DNA of 32,322 bases. Source: a virus. Taxonomy: Duplodnaviria; Caudoviricetes. This document shows, piece after piece, positions 25,371-32,322 of the stretch. The stretch lies in IMG/VR virus record IMGVR_UViG_3300005758_000102, positions 1 through 32,322 of that record; one strand, 5' to 3'. The notes under the pieces were generated by a model. The model was given only the letters and a program-made list of their open reading frames with translations, was not told the DNA's origin and did not search any database. A program made the translations under genes and the position numbers. The first letter of the stretch is position 1. Each line of letters opens with the position of its first letter.

Positions 25371-25522
25371 AGGTTGATATTACAGCGCAGAACAATTCGC
25401 AGATTCGGAAACTTTGTTTTCTTCCAATCTACGAAATCATTAATGTTAGGATCGTTTTTGAGGAACTTGTTGATGGTTCCATTGCTCCACTTGATCAACG
25501 TAAGTTTACAATTGCTCATCAT
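25364..25522 (-). CDS. Small basic protein (52 aa, MMSNCKLTLIKW...), not in ORF track
   Basis: Translated by hand; follows 25547-25957 with an A/C-rich leader. Confidence 0.65.
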   Translation of the reverse strand: MMSNCKLTLIKWSNGTINKFLKNDPNINDFVDWKKTKFPNLRIVLRCNINLK

Positions 25523-25546
25523 GTTGTTATTGTATTGTAGTTGCGA

Positions 25547-25957
25547 TTACTCGGCGGCTGCTTCGTCCTGATAGCCGCCAATTTGATATTCGTTGTTGCG
25601 AGCAGACATTCCTTGCATAAAATTCTCAAAAGAAACGTTTGCTTCCATAATGAGTCGGGCGCGTTTGATGGCGCGGCGAGTAAACTGCATGATCAGGGCG
25701 GGATCGCGACGACCTGCGACTTTGTTTTTGCCCCAATGTTCGTCCCAAATCAAGAAGTATTCTTTCAGCGTAAGGAATTTTTTGAATTGCTGCACACTAG
25801 CCATGTAAATAAGACTAGCAAACAAATGGTCTGATGTATTTGATCCATAGATGTTTTCTGCAAGGGTTGCATCACGCTGGGCGAGAGTCTTGTCGCCAAC
25901 GATGCCGACTGCGATGCCAAGGCCGTTGGTGCTGATGATGTAGTTGAGAGGTTTCAT
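25547..25957 (-). CDS. Hypothetical protein (136 aa)
   Basis: Minus-strand promoter TTGACA(25995-25990)-17 bp-TAACTT. Confidence 0.8.
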   Translation of the reverse strand: MKPLNYIISTNGLGIAVGIVGDKTLAQRDATLAENIYGSNTSDHLFASLIYMASVQQFKKFLTLKEYFLIWDEHWGKNKVAGRRDPALIMQFTRRAIKRARLIMEANVSFENFMQGMSARNNEYQIGGYQDEAAAE

Positions 25958-26038
25958 GTCGGGGAAAAGTTAATTGCTGGAAGAGGGCGTGTCAATAGGA
26001 AAAAGGAGAAAAACGCTGCCCATAAATACAGACTTTTG

Positions 26039-26048
26039 GTGTAATATA
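26039..26048 (+). promoter_or_regulatory. Putative phage late promoter GTGTAATATA
   Basis: 4 nt upstream of the HNH ATG. Confidence 0.6.
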
Positions 26049-26052
26049 TATT

Positions 26053-26727
26053 ATGAAGGTTTGCAAAAAATGCCAACAGCCAGTAGAGTCTAGATGTTAC
26101 CCTTGCGAAAGAGCAAGAAAAAAAGAATTATTAAGCATTGACCCTGCAAAAGTGGAAAGAGAAAAAGAACTTCTTGAATTAAGAAATGAAAGAAGAAAAA
26201 GATTTCGATCTACTCCACAAGGTAAGGAGGTTACAAAATTGGAGAATATAAAATATCGAGAAAAGAGCAAAGATTGGTATCAACAAAAAAAAGAAAGCGA
26301 TTCAGACTTCTTAATGAAGAGGGCTGCTTACAAAAGGGAGTATTCGCGCACTGACGAAGGCAAAAGAAACAACAGAGAATACAAAGCTAAAAAAAGAAAA
26401 GAAGACATCATGTTCGCTTTGAAGGAGAGATTACGCTGTCGTGTAAATATCTGCTTTAAGAAAAACGGTTGGTCGAAATGCTCAAAAACGATGCTTATGT
26501 TGGGCGCAGAATGGGAAACCGTAAAAGCTCATATCGAATCTCTTTTCCAAGAAGGAATGACATGGGATAATAGAGGCGAATGGCATATTGACCATATCAT
26601 TCCTTTGTCTTCGGCTAAAACCCCAGAGGAAGCAGAAAAGCTATGTCATTATAGTAATCTGCAACCCCTATGGGCTTTAGACAATCTAATCAAAGCTGAC
26701 TCAATGCCTTCTGACCTGCGCCAGTAA
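26053..26727 (+). CDS. Free-standing HNH (homing-type) endonuclease
   Basis: GMTWDNRGEWHIDHIIPLS...LCHYSNLQPLWALDNLIK; N-terminal CxxC and basic helices. Confidence 0.85.
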   Translation: MKVCKKCQQPVESRCYPCERARKKELLSIDPAKVEREKELLELRNERRKRFRSTPQGKEVTKLENIKYREKSKDWYQQKKESDSDFLMKRAAYKREYSRTDEGKRNNREYKAKKRKEDIMFALKERLRCRVNICFKKNGWSKCSKTMLMLGAEWETVKAHIESLFQEGMTWDNRGEWHIDHIIPLSSAKTPEEAEKLCHYSNLQPLWALDNLIKADSMPSDLRQ

Positions 26728-27589
26728 TCATGCGAGTTCCTTCGATTTTCATATATCCCTTGCGCAGAAGATGCATTTCAATATCACGCTGCAAAGCAGT
26801 GCGCGAGAAACCAGTTGCGGCAGACAACATCGCCAGCGTGCATGCGCCACGTTCCTTGAGAATCTTGAGAACCTGCACTTCCGAATTGGTCAGACCATTG
26901 GCCTTGACATCCAGCAGAACACACATTTCATTCCATTCGGCCAAACCAAACTTGTTGATGTTCTTGGTTTCGCAGAACAGCTCAATTTGTTTGGAGCGTT
27001 TGACAGCACTGCGAGCATTGCCGCGCAGCGTTTCGGCCATCGTGGGAATCAGCGCATCGTCAAAAGAAACCCAATCGGCACGCTTCTTGAGAATGTCACC
27101 AAGCTCAGTTTCGGTGTAGCTGCGGAAATCAATTTCTTCGAAACGATCCTTGAGAGGAGTGAAGATCTTGTCAGGTTCGGTCGTAGCAAACAAATAAGTT
27201 TGCTTGGTAAAGTCGAACTCCATCGAAGAACCCTGCCACTCGAAACTCTTGCGGCTTGCCTTCTCCACGTTGAAAACCGTAAGGAAAGCATTTTGCAGTT
27301 CCTTGGGCAGCGCGTGACACTCATCAAACAAAATAGTGATTTCATTGTTCATCACCACAGGCACGAAAATCTGTTCGAAGAATTGCGTGTTGTTCTTGAT
27401 GGTCGAGCAGTTGAGTTCAAGAAGAGGTTTCTTGAGGTTGCGTGCCATCTGGCGAGCGAACTCAGTCTTGCCAAGTCCACGCGCACCAGTGAAAAGAAGC
27501 GGCGGCACTGCGCCACCACGCTTGGCACCTTCGACATAGAAACTCAGAGTCTTTTTGATGTGATCTTGTCCGATGAGGTCTTGGAACAT
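26690..27589 (-). CDS. ruvB: RuvB-like Holliday-junction branch-migration AAA+ ATPase
   Basis: FQDLIGQDHIK, GARGLGKT, LFDECH, ATT, PLKDRF, RGNAR and C-terminal wHTH (IEMHLLRKGY); own sigma70 promoter at 27641-27646. Confidence 0.85.
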   Translation of the reverse strand: MFQDLIGQDHIKKTLSFYVEGAKRGGAVPPLLFTGARGLGKTEFARQMARNLKKPLLELNCSTIKNNTQFFEQIFVPVVMNNEITILFDECHALPKELQNAFLTVFNVEKASRKSFEWQGSSMEFDFTKQTYLFATTEPDKIFTPLKDRFEEIDFRSYTETELGDILKKRADWVSFDDALIPTMAETLRGNARSAVKRSKQIELFCETKNINKFGLAEWNEMCVLLDVKANGLTNSEVQVLKILKERGACTLAMLSAATGFSRTALQRDIEMHLLRKGYMKIEGTRMITGAGQKALSQL

Positions 27590-27648
27590 TTGGTCAGTTG
27601 GTTTGGTTGCTGGAGAGAGAATGAATCAGAGAATGCAAGGTGTCAACA

Positions 27649-27909
27649 TTATTCTGCATCATCTTCATCGAATGTAGTGAGAGAGAAAGAGATTTTTTCT
27701 TCTTCGGCTACAGGTTCGACAGCGGCGGTAATCTGGATCGGCGCAGGCTGTTCTCCCACAACCACGCCCATTTCACGCAGCCACACCTTGCTCACAGGCA
27801 CAATACCATTCTCTCCAATCAAACGAATCAAATCGCTCGTCTTGATCTTGACAAAAGAATTGGAACCTGCGGGGCGACCGCGACGTTTGGTGTTTGCTTC
27901 GGCGTTCAT
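27649..27909 (-). CDS. Small AT-hook DNA-binding protein
   Basis: KRRGRPAGS motif and acidic tail; promoter TTGACG-17 bp-TAGAGT. Confidence 0.75.
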   Translation of the reverse strand: MNAEANTKRRGRPAGSNSFVKIKTSDLIRLIGENGIVPVSKVWLREMGVVVGEQPAPIQITAAVEPVAEEEKISFSLTTFDEDDAE

Positions 27910-28125
27910 GTTGGAGACACTCTACTTGACCTCATTGGGCGCGTCAACAATTTTTTGCTTAAAAATGCGTCAGGCAAAAAAACACTTAAAACGATTTAAA
28001 AATCCAAATGACGCCAAAAGCAACATAAACCAACACAAAACAAACCAAAAGAAACTTTAGTATAAGTGCGACAAATTGACGCAGTAGCTCAAGATCGGCT
28101 TCTTTATTTCGTTGCTTTTGATTCA

Positions 28126-28191
28126 TATTTGGCGGCGGCTTATTTGCCTTTTGTTTATTTGCGATTACATTATTTGCAATGCTCTTATTTG
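28126..28191. repeat. TATTTG micro-array 2, exact 15-bp period
   Basis: TATTTG at 28126, 28141, 28156, 28171 and 28186. Confidence 0.85.
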
Positions 28192-28373
28192 CGATTCAAG
28201 AACTTGCTTTTGCCGAACGCGCCCTTTTGCCCTCTCTGCTTTTTGTGTTTACCAGTGGGAATAAGATTTAAAAGTCGTTGATACTGAGCCTGAATGTGTC
28301 GGCGGCGAGCAGGACTAAGATCTTCAAGAATGTTTTCGTTATTTACCTCGGGCGTGTTTGTAATTTCGTTCAT
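28185..28373 (-). CDS. Small basic protein (62 aa)
   Basis: A-rich leader, clean ORF. Confidence 0.7.
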   Translation of the reverse strand: MNEITNTPEVNNENILEDLSPARRRHIQAQYQRLLNLIPTGKHKKQRGQKGAFGKSKFLNRK

Positions 28374-28431
28374 TTTTTTTTGTTTATTTAGTGGAAAATC
28401 GTTTGTAATTGTTCTCTTAGAGTATTTATCG

Positions 28432-28440
28432 GTGTAAATA
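28432..28440 (+). promoter_or_regulatory. Putative phage late promoter GTGTAAATA
   Basis: 5 nt upstream of the ATG at 28446. Confidence 0.6.
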
Positions 28441-28445
28441 CGAAT

Positions 28446-28925
28446 ATGAAGGCAATAGAATTATATACATCCAAAGCAGCGGGTCAAGATATTTATGGAA
28501 ATGTTTTTGGCAAGAATTTCATATGGGTTAAAAATATCCCCGCTGTGCAATTGGACCCTGAGTATTCTTTTTTGAAGCGTATTGAATCAAACAAGGACTC
28601 TTATTTTGTATATTGTTTGTGCGACACAAAACAAAAGATAGTTAAGTTCGGGCGTAGCAATTCTCCATTCCGAAGAATGATGAGCCACACAAGTAGTTTT
28701 TGTTGTTATGGCGGGGCCGCTATGGAAGATTTACAATACGCATGGAGTCGCTTCTCTTTTCACAAAAACCACAACATCGAAAAAGAATTATTGAATAGCT
28801 TCCGAAGCAAATACCATTCCTCTCCTCAAATAGCCAAAGAGTTTTTTACTAATACTGATTCGTTGTCAGCGACAATGTTCTTTGGTGGATTCTTAAACTC
28901 AATTTCCTACAAAAAGCATGAATAA
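28446..28925 (+). CDS. T5orf172/GIY-YIG-like nuclease-domain protein
   Basis: YFVYCL...VKFGRSNSPFRRM...IEKELL...KEFF pattern. Confidence 0.6.
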   Translation: MKAIELYTSKAAGQDIYGNVFGKNFIWVKNIPAVQLDPEYSFLKRIESNKDSYFVYCLCDTKQKIVKFGRSNSPFRRMMSHTSSFCCYGGAAMEDLQYAWSRFSFHKNHNIEKELLNSFRSKYHSSPQIAKEFFTNTDSLSATMFFGGFLNSISYKKHE

Positions 28926-29100
28926 AAAAGACCAAGACCAACTACTATATTTGCTCGAAAAATTTTTCGCAGAATACAATTTGAATGCGCGAGACTTCTT
29001 GTGCAAGAATCCTATTGCCGCTTTACTCAAACGAGAACTGAAATTAAAAGACCGTTGGAAAAATCTATCCAGAGGCAAGCCAAACAAATTTCGTATCTAG
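28918..29100 (+). CDS. Small basic protein (60 aa)
   Basis: Overlaps the upstream stop; WKNLSRGKP tail. Confidence 0.65.
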   Translation: MNKKDQDQLLYLLEKFFAEYNLNARDFLCKNPIAALLKRELKLKDRWKNLSRGKPNKFRI

Positions 29101-29159
29101 TAAGACAAATACTCCATCGAATTTCTTTTATTTCGTATCTACTAATACAAATACTCCAT
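29088..29159. repeat. 30-bp direct repeat, two copies 42 bp apart
   Basis: ATTTCGTATCTAGTAAGACAAATACTCCAT (29088) versus ATTTCGTATCTACTAATACAAATACTCCAT (29130). Confidence 0.85.
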
Positions 29160-29380
29160 TATTGATCTTGTTTTTTCTGATTTTGGCGCTCGATGTGACG
29201 ATCCCAAATGTCTTTTGGTTTATTTGGATTGTTTTGAATGTCATCAACCTCACCAAAAAGACCTTTCCATAGGTAAAAATACACTTGGAAAAATACGATT
29301 AGCCCGCAAATTAGAGCAATCACAGGCGCGATAAAAAACGTTGTCGTTGCGGCTGCTGCTTTCAGTATGAATGTCCTCAT
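29159..29380 (-). CDS. Small membrane protein (73 aa)
   Basis: Long hydrophobic N-terminal segment. Confidence 0.7.
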   Translation of the reverse strand: MRTFILKAAAATTTFFIAPVIALICGLIVFFQVYFYLWKGLFGEVDDIQNNPNKPKDIWDRHIERQNQKKQDQ

Positions 29381-29901
29381 TTCCTTGTAGTATAAGGGTT
29401 GTAGGGTTTTTTTGCAAGCAGAAAATGGTGGGAATTTAGCCGTAAAAAGTGTTTTAAGAGATTGAGGGTTGGCAAATCATTCCACCTCCCCCCTCTTTTT
29501 ACATCCTTCCCAATATGCTTTGTTTGCTTGTTATGTTTCCTATATAGATAGAGTGTTTGGAAGAGGGTGGGTGGGGGTCGTAGAAACCTTGATAAATCAA
29601 GGATTTCAGCGTATTTCACCGTCTCAAATTCGCGATTAAAATCCCCTTAAAAAAGCTGTTTCTGTCCTCTGTTTTACCCCTCTCAGAAACGCTCTTTTAT
29701 TCCACTGTGTCAAGTTGTCGCAGGATCGCAAACAACTGCGTCATAATGGCGCACAAACAAGTTATTCATTTGTGCCAAACGGTATTTATAAATCACAAAT
29801 TAATCATTCTGGCCCCAAACACTTTGAACATCGTTTGTAATTAACGAAAACAGAGCATTTGGAGCCTAAATTGATCAATTCTTTTGTTTGTTACATACAC
29901 A

Positions 29902-30156
29902 TCAAAGCTCAGTGATCACAACATCACCACTCACCTCGACCACGGTATTTGTCGCCGTGTCATTAAAGTAGTAACCGTCCGATCCCTGTTCAGAGTGAAC
30001 CTTGCCGCTGGAAATCCATTCGCGGACCTTGGTGCCTCCAGAATACATTTCAACCTTGAACTTGCTGCCAATGCCGCCCATTTTGGCGCGATCTGCATCA
30101 GTGCAGCTAGAAAGAGAAAGGCACGCAACAACAAGAGCAATTAGAGAATATTTCAT
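29902..30156 (-). CDS. Putative lipoprotein (84 aa)
   Basis: MKYSLIALVVACLSLSSC lipobox; start reassigned to the ATG after an A-rich leader. Confidence 0.75.
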   Translation of the reverse strand: MKYSLIALVVACLSLSSCTDADRAKMGGIGSKFKVEMYSGGTKVREWISSGKVHSEQGSDGYYFNDTATNTVVEVSGDVVITEL

Positions 30157-30237
30157 TTTTTTTGTATTTTTTTTTTTTTTGTATTGTGAAAAAGTGAGCC
30201 TTTTAACGTCTCTGCTCAGGATTGCAATTATTTTCAA

Positions 30238-31038
30238 TTATAGCATTTCTTGAGAAAGCTTATGTAGATTTGCGATCTCGTCTTTATCAAAAGTGAATGA
30301 GAACTTTTTTCTTTTTGATTCAAAAAGAATGGAACCATCGCTAAAAATCTCAGCGTTTCCATCAGAAAGAATAACAATTTGCTTGTTTGGCACTAGAACC
30401 AAGTTCAGATCAGACTGAGCATTAAGACCATCAGCAGTCCACACAGTATTCACCCAAGCTCCCGCCGCATTCTTGTAAACTCCAACGACTGGATAAGCAG
30501 CATTATCTCCATCAACGGTATAAAACTTCACGGCATTACCCGAAACAGTCTTGTATCTGTCAATCAGATTGACCCTCTTGATACTTTTGCTTGACGAAGC
30601 GATAACCTCGAAACGATCACTCTTATACCAATGAGCAGAAAGCTCTCCACTGTCAACTTGCTTCACTTGCCAATTGCCATAAATATTTTGATCAACAAGC
30701 TCATAAGTATTCCAAGTGCGCAGGAAGGTTGATCCGCTGGCCTTATTACATTTTACAATATCACCGACTTTCATTTTGTTTGTTTGTTTGTTTTTATTTT
30801 CTACTGCTTCAGCAAACGTCACAACTGTATAACGTGAATCTGCTAGAGCTTCTGACAGAGTAGCACTTGTCCACACGCCTCCTGTATTTTGTGCCAAGCG
30901 GCGGCTAACTTGCTCGTAAAGAAAACCTTCTGTAGAATGATGGGGAATATAACAAAAGTATTCCCTTCCGTAAAGTTGAATCAACTGATTCAGTTCTTCT
31001 TTGGAATCAAAACGATAAATAATAGTTTTAGGTTCCAT
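30238..31038 (-). CDS. Hypothetical multi-module protein (possible internal start at 30774)
   Basis: Start MEPKTII after the upstream stop; internal A-rich leader before MKVGDIVKC. Confidence 0.7.
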   Translation of the reverse strand: MEPKTIIYRFDSKEELNQLIQLYGREYFCYIPHHSTEGFLYEQVSRRLAQNTGGVWTSATLSEALADSRYTVVTFAEAVENKNKQTNKMKVGDIVKCNKASGSTFLRTWNTYELVDQNIYGNWQVKQVDSGELSAHWYKSDRFEVIASSSKSIKRVNLIDRYKTVSGNAVKFYTVDGDNAAYPVVGVYKNAAGAWVNTVWTADGLNAQSDLNLVLVPNKQIVILSDGNAEIFSDGSILFESKRKKFSFTFDKDEIANLHKLSQEML

Positions 31039-31046
31039 AGGCAGAT

Positions 31047-31499
31047 TTACAGTGAGAAAGAAGCTTTCTTGGTGCTTGGGCGAACGTAAGTGTTCAAAAC
31101 ACATTCAGCAATTTGGCCGTGAGACAGCCCGAACCTCCGAAACTTTCTATTTTCAGTACCAAAAGCATCAACGCCATCATTCAATTGCAACGCTGACATC
31201 TTCATCCATTTCTTATTATTGGACATGATATTCAAATAAGGTTCCTTGCTTTCCCAACCAAAAAATCTGGCAACATTTGCATGAGGAAGAGCATCGGAAT
31301 GTCCTTTATAATTTTCAAGGCCCAATTCATGCGCGACATCTTGGGCAACAGCCAAGCAGCAGCGCGAGCCTTTGCAGTCATACATCTTGCTGCGAGCTTT
31401 GCGCTTGTTTTTAACGAGAGCTTCAACCCACTTGCGATTGCGAAATTTGATCTGAGCAGGAGTTGGACTGAGTAGCGATTTGGCATCGTTTTTCTTCAT
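31047..31499 (-). CDS. Hypothetical phage protein (150 aa)
   Basis: KWVEAL...RCCLAVA...LND...LSHGQIAE pattern. Confidence 0.8.
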   Translation of the reverse strand: MKKNDAKSLLSPTPAQIKFRNRKWVEALVKNKRKARSKMYDCKGSRCCLAVAQDVAHELGLENYKGHSDALPHANVARFFGWESKEPYLNIMSNNKKWMKMSALQLNDGVDAFGTENRKFRRFGLSHGQIAECVLNTYVRPSTKKASFSL

Positions 31500-31530
31500 G
31501 ATTTGATCTTAGTGTATATTTTCGGATTTG

Positions 31531-31968
31531 TCAACGGGGATCTGTAACTTTTTGATCAAGTTGGTCAATAAAAACCTTTATTTTGTCGATTTTATCGCCG
31601 CAATTCTTTGAAACTTCTTTCCATTTGCAGAACCATTTATCCCGCATTTTCAATGCTGTATAAAGATCGCTTTGCAATCGAGTAATTTTTTTTGCCATTT
31701 CTTCATTTTCCTGCCGCAACGTTTGGTTCTCAGTGGCAAATGTTGCATTTGCGTTTCGAAGAACTTCCAGATCTTTAGGAAGGCATGGTAGCTTACTAAA
31801 TTGAACGAGATAATCGCAGTATTCGCTCAAATGAGCGTAATCTTCGTAACGGACATACGAACCGTCTTCTTTGGAAAGCATTGACGCTTTTGAAATTTGA
31901 TGTCTTGCGTATTCATTTCCAGAAACAACGCCGTAATCTATTGTGAATTCAAATCTTTCGACTGACAT
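31531..31968 (-). CDS. Hypothetical coiled-coil protein (145 aa)
   Basis: EDGSYVRYEDY motif followed by coiled coil. Confidence 0.8.
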   Translation of the reverse strand: MSVERFEFTIDYGVVSGNEYARHQISKASMLSKEDGSYVRYEDYAHLSEYCDYLVQFSKLPCLPKDLEVLRNANATFATENQTLRQENEEMAKKITRLQSDLYTALKMRDKWFCKWKEVSKNCGDKIDKIKVFIDQLDQKVTDPR

Positions 31969-31999
31969 ATTTTATTGATTTTAATTGTTTAGAGAAGGA

Positions 32000-32317
32000 T
32001 CACTTAGTCTGCAACCAAGCATACAAAGCATCCACATGAAAAAATTGGCTTCCTCCTGAAAATGTTCTTATGTGTTTACAAACATCAATAAATGATGGAG
32101 TATCGAAAGAAACACCTTCTGCATAAACAAAAGCAAATGTTCTGTTGTCAATATGCCCAACAAATTCTGGCAATTCCAAAGTGAATCCTTTTGCTTGAAC
32201 TGTAGAAGCAACCAATTTGGCGTTTTCTGGATTACAGTCTGACGCAGCTTGAAAAATAAAGCCATTGCGCATCATATAATCCTTTTTTAGTTGTTCGATT
32301 GTAATGGTTCTGATCAT
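32000..32317 (-). CDS. Hypothetical protein (105 aa)
   Basis: Clean ORF at the window edge. Confidence 0.7.
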   Translation of the reverse strand: MIRTITIEQLKKDYMMRNGFIFQAASDCNPENAKLVASTVQAKGFTLELPEFVGHIDNRTFAFVYAEGVSFDTPSFIDVCKHIRTFSGGSQFFHVDALYAWLQTK

Positions 32318-32322
32318 TGTTC

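Noticed and set aside
25175-25540. Plus-strand hydrophobic ORFs 25175-25540 and 28066-28281
   Set aside because: Their YL/F-rich translation comes from the TATTTG arrays, and they overlap better minus-strand genes
26771-28060. 429-aa plus-strand ORF
   Set aside because: Antisense shadow of ruvB and the AT-hook gene; no motifs or promoter
25310-28191. TATTTG arrays as Bacteroidetes TAnnTTTG promoters
   Set aside because: They do not fit TAnnTTTG spacing, and the phage's promoters are TTGACA/TATAAT-type

Overview
A 32-kb segment of a large tailed dsDNA phage genome. It shows no host housekeeping genes, rRNA, tRNA or CRISPR. There are three blocks. (1) 1021-14606, minus strand, AT-rich: head and packaging module (major capsid, decoration protein, protease-scaffold, portal, TerL), an ERCC4-type nuclease, a phage sigma factor and PhoH. 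Several of these genes sit behind a putative phage late promoter GTGTAA(A/T)A. (2) ~14840-25250, plus strand, more GC-rich: an early/host-takeover region of about 26 mostly small genes. Almost every gene has its own sigma70-type promoter and many are leaderless. This block is cut into cassettes by ten copies of a 77-bp element: two 27-bp quasi-palindromic boxes (GTAAGTCGTTGA-N3-TCAACGACTTAC, each containing the IHF consensus WATCAANNNNTTR or a near match) exactly 50 bp apart, around a polar GC-rich 23-bp spacer. The last copy is inverted. Helically phased TGTCAAG motifs flank the elements. This cassette/element architecture is the best candidate for an undescribed system. (3) 25250-32322, mostly minus strand: a RuvB-like ATPase, an AT-hook protein, two nuclease-like genes (HNH, T5orf172-like) with late promoters, two 15-bp-period TATTTG arrays and hypothetical genes. 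All family calls come from motif recognition by eye, not database searches.
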